Shown: positions 25,501 through 33,817 of the stretch, piece after piece
How positions within the stretch are numbered: the first letter of the stretch is position 1
Layout: every line of letters starts with the position of its first letter
Assembly (NCBI GenBank): GCA_046757525.1
Contig: JBHHYI010000018.1
Coordinates: 1 to 39,005 of the forward strand
Length of the DNA stretch: 39,005 nt
Source of the DNA: a bacterium
GTDB taxonomy: Bacteria; Zhuqueibacterota; Zhuqueibacteria; Oceanimicrobiales; Oceanimicrobiaceae
Direction: 5' to 3'
Position numbers and translations under genes: made by a program
Notes under the pieces: model-generated
What the model was told of the DNA's origin: nothing
What the model saw: only the letters and a program-made list of their open reading frames with translations
Database searches by the model: none

Positions 25501-27206
25501 CCGGAATTTCCAATGCTCTATCCGTGCAGATCAATTATTCCCGCCGAAGAGCCCGTTACTTAGCCCGACGTTCTGTGTTTGTAGACGCAAGCAACACCGG
25601 GCCGCAGGACGGCAGCGAAGCGCATCCCTGGCAGACCATAGGAGACGCTCTCAACCATCTGCCAGCGTTAGGACCTCGCTACGTGTTCGTGGCACCCGGT
25701 ACCTACCAAGAACGGGTGCACCTAAAGGATGATGGCATTCTCCTCATCGGCTCGGGTCCTCACGAAACCATTATTAATGGGTTGCCCGACATAACCACCT
25801 TCACCCAGCAAGGCACCAGCAACGGCGGCGGCCCCACCATTTTCATTGGCAAAGGCGGTAAAACCGGTTCTGTAACAAACATTCTGATCAGCGGTTTCAC
25901 CATTACCGGAAGCACCGTCAATGACGATGATATTGGAGCCGGTATTTTCGGCGACTATGGCAACCAGCACATCCAGATTAACACGTGCATGATCTATCGC
26001 AATGGCGGCTATTACGGCGGCGGCATTTGGTTCCACAAATCGAACCACAATGTGCAAATATGGTCCAATCTTATCGCAGAGAACGGCAATTTTGGTGGCT
26101 ATGGCGGCGGCATCAGTGTTAACGATGAACCCGAATACGAAGCAGAGCACGGACAGCCTGAGCACACGGTTGATGACCTGAATCCTGGACCGCCGCCAGG
26201 CACCTATGACATCTACAACAACGTGATTTTTCACAACTGGTCAGCCGATCTCGGGGGCGGCATCTGCCTGTATGAAGTCAAGGACCATTTGAATGTTTAC
26301 GGTAACGTTCTCCTTGAAAACCGGTCCGAGGACCACGGTGGGGCTCTGTTTTTTGAAGACAGCGGTCCAATCGACGTGTACGGCAATGTCTTTCTGCGCA
26401 ACTATTCCCCGGATGACGGCGGTGCCATCAGCTTTGAAGATGTGGGCGATACGCTTTCGCACGTGAACGTTTACAACAATCTCATTGCGGAAAATATCGC
26501 CGACGATCATGGCGAGAACCATGCCCGCGGCGGCGCCATTGCCTTTGACGACACTTTCTTTGGCAAAGTCTTCAACAACACCATTGTCGGCAATATTGTG
26601 GCCGGCAGTGAGAATCCTGCCGGTGGCGGTATCGACAGTGAACGCAACGGACACGAATACAATGGCACCGATGGTCCGTACGTGGCGCCCGGGTTCAGTG
26701 ACCCGCAGATTTTCAACAACATCATCTGGAACAACTGGCGGCTGCATTACGATCAACCGGTGGAAGGTGGTGAGGAGGAAGATCTGCCTTATCCATGGGG
26801 CAAAAACTACGTCTGGACGCCAGATGAACTGCACGTAGACAATCCAGCTCTTCAGCCGGAATGGGAAAGCGACGGTAACTCGGAAAGCTTCACGCATATC
26901 CATTACAACGACATCCGCGGCGGCTACTCCAACGGCACCAACAACCTCGATGTGGATCCCAGTTTCGTCGATCCCGATGGTTTCATTTGGAAGCTGAATG
27001 CGGGTTCCCCCGCGATCGACAAGGCGAATGCGGCTGACGGCCCGAACGTGGACCTGGAACTCCTTCCGCGCACGGTAAATAATGGCATGATCGACATGGG
27101 GGCCCATGAGTGGCGGGCCATGCCTCCCAGCATCGTGCGCATTCCCACGGGCATATTGGGAGCGATTCAGATGCCCATTCCTGGCAGCTCTGCGCTGCAC
27201 GAATAG
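22584..27206 (+). CDS. 1540-aa secreted multidomain protein (SdrD-B-like repeats, EF-hand-like loops, IPT/TIG, DUF1565-like, right-handed beta-helix, choice-of-anchor-Q-like tail)
   Basis: RBS AAGGAGG at 22569, signal peptide, repeated GFVFND...GVTVELYD and GxYxF...GxY units, DLNCNGILDAGEDLDNDG, IQGHDFG...SWTDTYI, DGSEAHPWQTIGDAL...VAPGTY, many N...GGGI repeats, AGSPAID...DMGAHE. Confidence 0.8.
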   Translation: MNEKNMLHKTGRILVIGLVMVILAAGALFGQTATIGGSIYTGANDGTGPVFAPNALTPAITDATVMVQNQHSGGAFITYGTVTGNTWTATVPAPGDYVVMFSAPGHDLTSREFTVKDGDSQTKDAYLPALPLPLANLLVFAFWDNMVNGEPDGAPEDLPLNGVTWTVSDEEGTVLATGVTGSQATITLPDGVVITDTRGLYYFTGLPPGEVIATSDPSTITQAANPDIQFDNPDDATREYYLNYTEEGGPAWDPKLYPGDPGTEAGGFLIWHSYVEKLGQIDASNLAKRFPAGTTLADAGSINGSLGDADKAGLDPDEPFPIPGEDHPGVSLNDMVPDGLVILFTDNETVPTHPVATVEADPVTGDFTFNNVPPGNYKMMQFDIPLDYVWTQSQVRIGPNENVVFPLNSILVPRFFARGQGFVYDNSTTPPTPIAGASVHIRFKSGSIQRTEVTDANGWYNFDDLPEIEVIGFVDVDLPAGYRGTIRTETFFPGGKDPTHPNYTLKPPIDVTFNAMNRYIQWLTANYEADLYLEPIPATKGHIGGFVFNDNFEQGTWVGDGVYDPEEERTWPGVTVELYDASGTTLLATTTTGAFDEAATLAQGWFKPATWPPDELGGVFVGPLPGYYEFRDVDAGTYVVRVTPPAGFVATTGATTLGEETVTVTGVEPTVPANGDLHEVNFGVNTTPSGRIPNVDPGVPLAGEIEGGVFDDVNIDPRGGSLTADPNDLQSLLFAEKAGVDHAPVGAYDHLGYLLGVGVMGNPLCYPDAPDIPGQPGVSQCPECDLLFDPVQKPEMERRFAPGVHIYVGNDPSFLRGEDLNCNGILDAGEDLDNDGILDVGYWPDHPDWGFNPNLLPLTLPYTFGQGKFKFEADWSLVPVAAVGLGPLAGNAQILPNNRPVINNPGGGNGPVAVLRVGDIFRIQGHDFGDQQGYSTVTLAGSQQRIMSWTDTYIDIQIAQDALSGAIVVATSTGISNALSVQINYSRRRARYLARRSVFVDASNTGPQDGSEAHPWQTIGDALNHLPALGPRYVFVAPGTYQERVHLKDDGILLIGSGPHETIINGLPDITTFTQQGTSNGGGPTIFIGKGGKTGSVTNILISGFTITGSTVNDDDIGAGIFGDYGNQHIQINTCMIYRNGGYYGGGIWFHKSNHNVQIWSNLIAENGNFGGYGGGISVNDEPEYEAEHGQPEHTVDDLNPGPPPGTYDIYNNVIFHNWSADLGGGICLYEVKDHLNVYGNVLLENRSEDHGGALFFEDSGPIDVYGNVFLRNYSPDDGGAISFEDVGDTLSHVNVYNNLIAENIADDHGENHARGGAIAFDDTFFGKVFNNTIVGNIVAGSENPAGGGIDSERNGHEYNGTDGPYVAPGFSDPQIFNNIIWNNWRLHYDQPVEGGEEEDLPYPWGKNYVWTPDELHVDNPALQPEWESDGNSESFTHIHYNDIRGGYSNGTNNLDVDPSFVDPDGFIWKLNAGSPAIDKANAADGPNVDLELLPRTVNNGMIDMGAHEWRAMPPSIVRIPTGILGAIQMPIPGSSALHE

Positions 27207-27249
27207 GTAGGCAGGACTAATGCGCAGTGGCTGAAAGGCACCCTTCCTA

Positions 27250-27292
27250 AAAGAAATGGGGGCGGACAATCCTCAATCCGCCCCTTTTCTTT
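27250..27292. terminator. Bidirectional intrinsic terminator between convergent genes
   Basis: AAAGAAATGGGGGCGGA, loop, TCCGCCCCTTTTCTTT. Confidence 0.8.
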
Positions 27293-27313
27293 GTTCACCT
27301 AACGAAAGAGCAA

Positions 27314-28348
27314 CTACGAGCTGATCTTGGTTGAGGGTTCTTGCTGAGCATTCATACCCCAGGGTAAGGGTATGGTACAGTTCAAATAGTTGTCACAGAT
27401 TCGCTGCATGGCTGAATGAGACGAGTTGAACGCAGAGATAATCGAACCGCCCTTGCGGCCTGCGGCTAAGTCGCCAATGAGAAAAAGGCCCGGCAGGTTA
27501 GTTTCGTAGCCAGCCTTGAGCAGTGGGGCTTGCCCATCAAATTCAATACCCACGGTGCGCAGAAAGTTTTGCGGTGTCGTGCCACCCAGGGCATACACGA
27601 GATGGTCGAAGACTTTTTCCTGGGTTCCCTTGTCTACAAAAACTACCTTTGGTCGCCCATGGTCGACTTCAACCGTTGCGATATTGCTTGAACGCAGTAT
27701 CTCCACGGCCCCCCGTTGTTCCAGGGCTAACAAACTCTCCCTGTTGATATCGTTCATGCGCGTAAACTCCTCGCGGCGATAGGATAATGTGGTGCGATTG
27801 TTGTTTTCGTGCAAGTACTGCACATACTCTGAAGCTGAATCGCCACCGCCCACAACCAGTACCGTTGCATTTTCTATTTTGCATGAGGTGACGTCAAAAT
27901 GTATCTGCCTCTTTAAGGCTCGTGGCAACGGGTAATCCGGCTTCTTAGGCTTTCCAAAAATGCCAATGGCGATAACGCATACTTGCGTGTCATAAGCCGC
28001 CTGGTTCGTCACGATAATAAATCCGCCCGCTTCCTTTTGGTGAATTGCCATAACAGATTCTTGGTAGTGCACCTGCAGGTTGTTGTGGACTATCGCCCGG
28101 TCGAGCCACGAGAGCGTATCCTCTTTGCTCAGATCCGGAATGCACATCACCCCGTGGCAAACCGCTTCGTGGCCCTTGTAGTTTGCGGCCACGGGTTTAT
28201 TCTCGGGGTACAGTTTGCGGAGGGTCCAGGAGTGGGCTTCTGATTTTTCGAGAATTACGATTTTGTCTGCCCTGATCCCGGCGTGGCGTGCCTCAACAGC
28301 GACACTGATTCCAGCCGGGCCAGCACCAATCACCACCAGTTCATACAT
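27314..28348 (-). CDS. FAD/NAD(P)H-dependent thioredoxin-reductase-fold oxidoreductase (FqrB/YpdA-like)
   Basis: RBS GGAGG before ATG 28348, VIGAGPAG, VVGGGDSA, SYRR, ETNLPGLFLIGD. No TrxR active-site CxxC before the NADPH motif. Confidence 0.85.
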   Translation of the reverse strand: MYELVVIGAGPAGISVAVEARHAGIRADKIVILEKSEAHSWTLRKLYPENKPVAANYKGHEAVCHGVMCIPDLSKEDTLSWLDRAIVHNNLQVHYQESVMAIHQKEAGGFIIVTNQAAYDTQVCVIAIGIFGKPKKPDYPLPRALKRQIHFDVTSCKIENATVLVVGGGDSASEYVQYLHENNNRTTLSYRREEFTRMNDINRESLLALEQRGAVEILRSSNIATVEVDHGRPKVVFVDKGTQEKVFDHLVYALGGTTPQNFLRTVGIEFDGQAPLLKAGYETNLPGLFLIGDLAAGRKGGSIISAFNSSHSAMQRICDNYLNCTIPLPWGMNAQQEPSTKISS

Positions 28349-28405
28349 GACTGCCTCCTGCAAGTTCGTGTTCTGGGTACTATTGGAGCGTTTTACACAA
28401 CGGGT

Positions 28406-28505
28406 TGTCATTTCGACGGAGCGCAGCGCAGGAGAAATCTGGTAAGTAAGAATTCGCTATTATTGTTCTTGACCAGAATTCTCCCCCTCGGTTCCCGGGT
28501 TGACA
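28406..28505. repeat. TGTCATTTCGA-family palindromic element, copy B
   Basis: TGTCATTTCGA...GGAGAAATCTGGT / ACCAGAATTCTCC...TGACA. The right arm, reverse-complemented, shares AACCGAGGG with copy C. Confidence 0.7.
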
Positions 28506-28582
28506 CGAAACGCTATTGTGCTCATGAAAATACAATGTTAGTTACGAAACGCTCCACATTTAGATTAGACAATCTCTTACCA

Positions 28583-28598
28583 ACAATTTGTGTGCCAA
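28583..28598 (-). promoter_or_regulatory. Sigma54 (-24/-12) promoter of the oxidoreductase
   Basis: Minus strand reads TTGGCAC-ACAAA-TTGT, giving GG-N10-GT. Confidence 0.55.
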
Positions 28599-28917
28599 CA
28601 GGTCATGAATGAACTTTACCTTAATGTTTCTTAAATTCTTTTCTTGATACTGGGAAATGTTTGCACACAATTTAGGGCAAATTAACCATTTCTAACAAAT
28701 ATCCGGCTTCTTAAATTTCTTGTTGGACGATTTTGAAGCAGTTTTCTGATCGCGGCTGGATCGTTGGATACAATTTTGTAATTCACGAGGCCAGAACCCA
28801 TTCTCTATTTCATCATTCGTCAGTTGCATGACTTCTCATTTCTTGCATCGGTCAGGCGCCCGACTGACAAACGTGCAAAAAGAATTGGAAAGCGGATAGT
28901 CCGGATCTGATGGATCC

Positions 28918-29289
28918 GAACAGATTAGCCTGGCTGAATCTGTTCAAGCATATTTGCTTGTTTCTTTGCGACGCAATTTGTTACAAGCACTTAGAAAACA
29001 ACGGCGGCGAATGGCGGCTCAGCAAGAATATGCAATCAAACAGACTACGGAAGCCTTTTCATTTGAAGATTTAATCGTCTTTGCAGAAAAAGATAAGGCT
29101 GAAAAAAGAGTGCTTAAGAACGCTGTTAAAAAGATTCCAGCAAGAATGCGCGAAGCACTCTATCTAAAAACTTATGACGGATTATCCTATCGAGAAATTG
29201 CTGACATCATGCAGGTAAGGCCCCAGGTTGCAAGAAATTATGTTTCCGAAGCATATCGGCGTCTTAGAAAATTGTTGACTAAGCATTAG
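28918..29289 (+). pseudogene. 5'-truncated ECF (FecI-like) sigma factor
   Basis: The frame reads EQISLAESVQAYLLVSLRRNLL...IPARMREALYLKTYDGLSYREIADIM...ARNYVSEAYRRLR (end of region 2 plus region 4). There is an in-frame TAG at 28897 and no sigma-like sequence upstream. Directly upstream of fecR. Confidence 0.75.
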
Positions 29290-29422
29290 GCATACTGCAG
29301 GACCTGAAGGGAATTTTCAAAAAAAGCATTACATTTCTCTTTTTTCCCTCTCTTTATAATTAGATAGTGCATTTCAATACTATTTCATCCCTTTCATCAA
29401 AGAAAAGGTTCCACCATAAATT

Positions 29423-30502
29423 ATGGACGATATCCATTCTTTACTTGCCGACGAATCGTTTCAACGCTGGCTTGCCCAAAACGCCTCTGTTGAGGATAAT
29501 GAACGGTGGAGTCGTTGGTTAAACGAATCCATCGAGCATCAAGAGTCTTATCGGGAAGCTCTGAGGACGTGGGAACTCATGCGATTTGCAAGTGCGAAAC
29601 TACCTGCAATAGATCACGAGTGGGACCGGTTAAGAGCGCGGTTGAACTTAGTAGAGGGCGGCCTTGAAACCAATACCAGACCACTGCCTGCCTCTTATCA
29701 ACGACTGCAAAGTCGAGAAGCTTGGATGCGGTTTGGAGCCGTGGCGTTGGCGGCCTCGGTTTTGCTTGCAATCATACTTCGGTTCATTCCCTTTGGTACG
29801 TCTACGAACTCTATGAAGAGCGACAGGCTACAAATGGTCTCCACAAATTATGGTCAGCGGGCTACCCTTAGACTGCCGGAGGGTACCAAAATTGTCCTCA
29901 ACGCTAATTCGACTTTGAAGTATCCGGCGGTCTGGAATGGGCAGACTGCGCGTGAACTGCAACTGCATGGTGAGGCCTACTTCGACGTGGCTGACAGGCC
30001 TGAAGGTCCACAAGATGACTTCATTGTATTGACGGACGATGGATTCATAAGAGTGGTTGGAACGAAATTTGTTGTTTATGAAAGAGGCAATGGTACAAGA
30101 GTCGTATTAGAAAAGGGTGGGGTTGAGGTCACACCAGTGGATACCAGTGCCTTGAGGCCTCTGCCTGCTGCTAAAGTGTTATTGACACCCGGTCATTTAC
30201 TTTATTTCAAAAAGGGGACACATTTTCTGAGACCCATTTCTGTTAATGTCTTACCCTATATGACCTGGTGGCTTGACCAAATTGTTTTACAAGAAACACC
30301 TTTTGCAGAGATTGTCCAACGTTTAGAAGAGACTTATGGGGTCAAAGTCGAAGTGAGAGACAAAGAATTGCTGAAGCGAACGCTTTCCGGCTCTATTGAA
30401 AATAGAAACCTGGAAATCATTACCGATGCCCTGGCTAAAGCTTTGCGGGTTTCAGTTCACCGTGAAGGCGAGACTATAATTTTTTACAAATCTTCATCGT
30501 AA
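29423..30502 (+). CDS. fecR: FecR-family anti-sigma factor / transmembrane sensor
   Basis: LLADESFQRW N-terminus, one TM helix, LPEGTKIVLNANSTL, GEAYFDV, VVGTKF, C-terminal LEETYGV domain. Confidence 0.92.
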   Translation: MDDIHSLLADESFQRWLAQNASVEDNERWSRWLNESIEHQESYREALRTWELMRFASAKLPAIDHEWDRLRARLNLVEGGLETNTRPLPASYQRLQSREAWMRFGAVALAASVLLAIILRFIPFGTSTNSMKSDRLQMVSTNYGQRATLRLPEGTKIVLNANSTLKYPAVWNGQTARELQLHGEAYFDVADRPEGPQDDFIVLTDDGFIRVVGTKFVVYERGNGTRVVLEKGGVEVTPVDTSALRPLPAAKVLLTPGHLLYFKKGTHFLRPISVNVLPYMTWWLDQIVLQETPFAEIVQRLEETYGVKVEVRDKELLKRTLSGSIENRNLEIITDALAKALRVSVHREGETIIFYKSSS

Positions 30503-30580
30503 AAACTGACTTAGGAGGAAATTCATTTTACAAGTAATTTCATAATTAACTAAAGTCCGTGTTGACGGAAGGAGGAAGCC

Positions 30581-33500
30581 ATGAGACCCTTAAGATACCT
30601 GGTGTTGTTTGGATTAGTCGGATTGCTCACGTTCAACAGTTATGGCCAAGAGTTTGCCTCTAAATCTGTCGATCGTTCAATCTTGAAGCGATCTATTCAA
30701 GAGTTTGTTACTTTAGGTGAGGCGCTTTCTAAGTTGGAAAAGACGTACAAGGTCCATTTTGTATACGAAGATGCCGTTGTCAAAGGAATCCTGGTTCCCC
30801 GGCTGGCCACAGCCTCCAAAAATTTGCGCGAGGACCTGAGAGTTGTTCTGGCTGAAAACTCCTTGACTTATAAACACATAGGAGCGAGGACTATTGTGCT
30901 GGTGCCTCGGGAACCCAATTCAATGAAACCGAGGCCTCAAGAAAGAATGACTAAGGTTAGTGGAGTCATCACGGATGCTCGGTCGGGAGATCCTCTGCCC
31001 GGGGCCAATGTTTCGGTACAGGGAACCCTGATTGGAGCGGCAGCAAGAAATGACGGCAGTTACTCCCTGAACCTCCAACCCGGCTCCTATACTTTGCTGG
31101 TGCAATTCATCGGGTACAAAACCATCAAAGAGCCGATCAAGGTGGTTGGTGACCAGTCGATGAGAAGAAACTTTTCACTCGAAGACGATGTTTTGGAATT
31201 GTCGGAAGTCGTGGCTATTGGCACGAGACGACAGGGTCGAACCGTTGTCGAATCACCCGTCCCCATTGATGTGTTAACAGCAAGAGATATCGAGTCGACA
31301 GGAGTGACCCAGACCACACAGATTTTACAGCTTCTCATTCCGTCCTATAACGCTCCGCGCCCATCGATTACTGATGGCTCAGATTCCATGCGGCCCGCAA
31401 CTTTGCGTGGTCTCGGACCAGATCAGGTACTCATCCTTGTCAATGGCAAGCGCCGTCATACGAGTGCCTTAGTACATGTCAATGGTAGCATCGGACGCGG
31501 CTCAACGGGCGTTGACCTGAACGCCATTCCCGCAAATGCCATCGAAAAAATTGAAGTATTGCGTGACGGCGCGGCGGCCCAATATGGCTCGGACGCCATC
31601 GCTGGTGTCATCAACATCGTGTTGAAGGAAAGACGGGGCCTGGATACCTCGGTCAAGTTCTCCGAGAACGTAAGCAGCGTCACACGAGGTTACAGGGCTG
31701 ATGAGGGGAACTTCGCGGACAACTCCGATGCCAACAACTACAGTTGGGATGGCGCAGGTGCTATCGGCGGACCTCAGGATAGAAACTACACAGATGGCAA
31801 GACCGCTGATCTGCACCTGGGCTATGGCTTTGCAGTCAAGCAGGAGGGCACCGTCTATGTCTCGGCCCAACTGCGCCATCGCGACCGCGCTGTCCGGGCG
31901 GGGCTGGACCCGCGGCAACAATTTTTCGACGGTGACCCCAGGGAGGCTACTTTTGATCGCCTCAACCACGTCTTCGGTAATGGGGAATTCGATGACGTCA
32001 GCGTTTTTTATAATGGCTCGGTTCCCATCGACGATAAGGGCAGCAAGCTTTACGCTTTTGGCGGCTACAATCGTCGTACCGGCAGCACCGGATGTTTCTA
32101 TCGCCGGGCCCTGGACAACCGTACCGTCCGGTCGATCCATCCGGAAGGTTTTTTACCGACCCTGAACAACACGTTGAATGATTTTTCTTCTGCTGGTGGT
32201 GTGAAAGGTTCGGTGGGCCCATGGACCTATGATGTCAGCGAAACCTATGGGCGTGATTCGTTCCGCTTTGGCGTGCATAATACCAACAATGCTTCAGAAG
32301 GCAACAGCAGCAAAACCAAGTTCAACTCTGGTACACTTAAGTTTCAACAAGCGACCACCAATGTGGATTTGCTGCGCGCAGTCGACATCGGCACTGCTGC
32401 ACCCCTAACTATTGCCATTGGGGGCGAGTTCCGCTGGGAAAACTATAAGATCGACCCGGGCGAAGTCGATTCATATCTCAATGGTGGCGTGCCAGTTCTC
32501 GATGGTCCCAATGCCGGCAAACCTGCCCCGGTCGGTGCCTCCTGCTTCCCGGGATTTTCTCAGAGAAACGCGACGGATGAGTCTCGCACAAATCTCGGCT
32601 TCTACGTCGACCTTGAGAACAACATCACGGACCAGCTATTGCTGGGAGTCGCGGGACGATTCGAAGACTACAGCGACTTCGGGTCCACGTTGACTGGAAA
32701 AATCGATGGCCGCTATGAATTCACAGAAGGTTTCGCCATTCGGGGCGCAGTAAGCAGTGGGTTCCGGGCGCCTTCGCTGGCGCAGGCACACTACTCGGCC
32801 ATCGCCACCAACTTCATCGATGGCGTACCGTTTGAAGTTGGCACATTCCCGGTTGATGATCCAGTCGCCAGAGCGCTGGGTGCCAGAGACCTGGATTCCG
32901 AAACATCGGTCAACCTAAGCGGAGGCTTTACGGTTTCCCAAGAGAATTTCTCCTTGACGGCAGATGCCTATAAGATCACCATCAATGACCGCATCGTCTT
33001 TACGGAGAATTTTACTGGCAGTGGTATCGCCGATTTCTTGCAGAGCCAGGGCATCGATGCAAACGGTGGCCGTTACTTCACCAACGCCGTCAACACCCGT
33101 ACCTATGGGTTGGATCTCATCGCACGTTATGGTGTGGTACTCGGACCCGGTACGTTCCGCTTTACAGCCGCGCTGAACTTCGGCAAAACCGAGATTACAA
33201 ACAAGGATCAAATCCTGACCCCAGAAGTGCTAAAAAATTTCACCAGCAAACCCCTGTTCGGTCGTACGGAACAGGGTCGCTTCGAACATGGCCAACCGCG
33301 TCAAAAATATAATCTTACTGCAAATTATGATATCAAGGCGTGGGGCTTTCTGGTGCGGACTCAAAGGTACGGCGCTGTGACTTCATTCAATAGCAGCGAC
33401 CCAGACCCTGTGACCGGCATCAATTTGCGCGACCAGACTTTCGGCGCGAAATGGCTCACGGATGTCGAAGTTAGCTACAAACTGCCACGCGGCGCCGCCG

Positions 33501-33652
33501 TTTCAGTAGGTGCAGACAACATATTTGATATTTATCCCGATAAAAATCTGAAACGCAACAGTTTCAACGGGATCTTCCCCTATAATGGTCTGTCTCCCTT
33601 TGGCTTTTTCGGAAGAAGCATTTATGGTCGTCTGGACTTCAGCCTGAGGTAA
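30581..33652 (+). CDS. TonB-dependent receptor with STN signalling domain
   Basis: RBS AAGGAGG, signal peptide, STN-like LGEALSKLEKTYKVHFVY, carboxypeptidase-regulatory-like domain, plug LRGLGPDQVLILVNGKRRH...IEVLRDGAAAQYGSDAIAGVINIVL, GFRAPSL. Confidence 0.93.
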   Translation: MRPLRYLVLFGLVGLLTFNSYGQEFASKSVDRSILKRSIQEFVTLGEALSKLEKTYKVHFVYEDAVVKGILVPRLATASKNLREDLRVVLAENSLTYKHIGARTIVLVPREPNSMKPRPQERMTKVSGVITDARSGDPLPGANVSVQGTLIGAAARNDGSYSLNLQPGSYTLLVQFIGYKTIKEPIKVVGDQSMRRNFSLEDDVLELSEVVAIGTRRQGRTVVESPVPIDVLTARDIESTGVTQTTQILQLLIPSYNAPRPSITDGSDSMRPATLRGLGPDQVLILVNGKRRHTSALVHVNGSIGRGSTGVDLNAIPANAIEKIEVLRDGAAAQYGSDAIAGVINIVLKERRGLDTSVKFSENVSSVTRGYRADEGNFADNSDANNYSWDGAGAIGGPQDRNYTDGKTADLHLGYGFAVKQEGTVYVSAQLRHRDRAVRAGLDPRQQFFDGDPREATFDRLNHVFGNGEFDDVSVFYNGSVPIDDKGSKLYAFGGYNRRTGSTGCFYRRALDNRTVRSIHPEGFLPTLNNTLNDFSSAGGVKGSVGPWTYDVSETYGRDSFRFGVHNTNNASEGNSSKTKFNSGTLKFQQATTNVDLLRAVDIGTAAPLTIAIGGEFRWENYKIDPGEVDSYLNGGVPVLDGPNAGKPAPVGASCFPGFSQRNATDESRTNLGFYVDLENNITDQLLLGVAGRFEDYSDFGSTLTGKIDGRYEFTEGFAIRGAVSSGFRAPSLAQAHYSAIATNFIDGVPFEVGTFPVDDPVARALGARDLDSETSVNLSGGFTVSQENFSLTADAYKITINDRIVFTENFTGSGIADFLQSQGIDANGGRYFTNAVNTRTYGLDLIARYGVVLGPGTFRFTAALNFGKTEITNKDQILTPEVLKNFTSKPLFGRTEQGRFEHGQPRQKYNLTANYDIKAWGFLVRTQRYGAVTSFNSSDPDPVTGINLRDQTFGAKWLTDVEVSYKLPRGAAVSVGADNIFDIYPDKNLKRNSFNGIFPYNGLSPFGFFGRSIYGRLDFSLR

Positions 33653-33676
33653 AATAGACCCTCAGCGGTAATAGAA

Positions 33677-33709
33677 AACAGCCCCCCGTCCAAAAAGGCG
33701 GGGGCTGTT
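33677..33709. terminator. GC-rich stem-loop after the TonB receptor (terminator or mRNA stabiliser)
   Basis: AACAGCCCCCCGTC-CAAAAA-GGCGGGGGCTGTT, with only a short U-tract on the + strand. Confidence 0.6.
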
Positions 33710-33817
33710 AGATGCACCCAACCTGCGACGTCACAATCAGAGGAGGGCTTTTCCCTTCATCAGGAAGAAAATGGGGGACTGGTAGATGCCAATTAGGCAT
33801 TGAGAGGAGGTGAGCTC

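Noticed and set aside
26241..27269. 342-aa minus-strand ORF
   Set aside because: It is an antisense shadow of the beta-helix region and has no motifs.
28828..28953. TAG read-through restoring a full ECF sigma factor
   Set aside because: The in-frame sequence upstream of the TAG (MTSHFLHRSGARLTNVQKELESG) is short and does not resemble sigma region 2.
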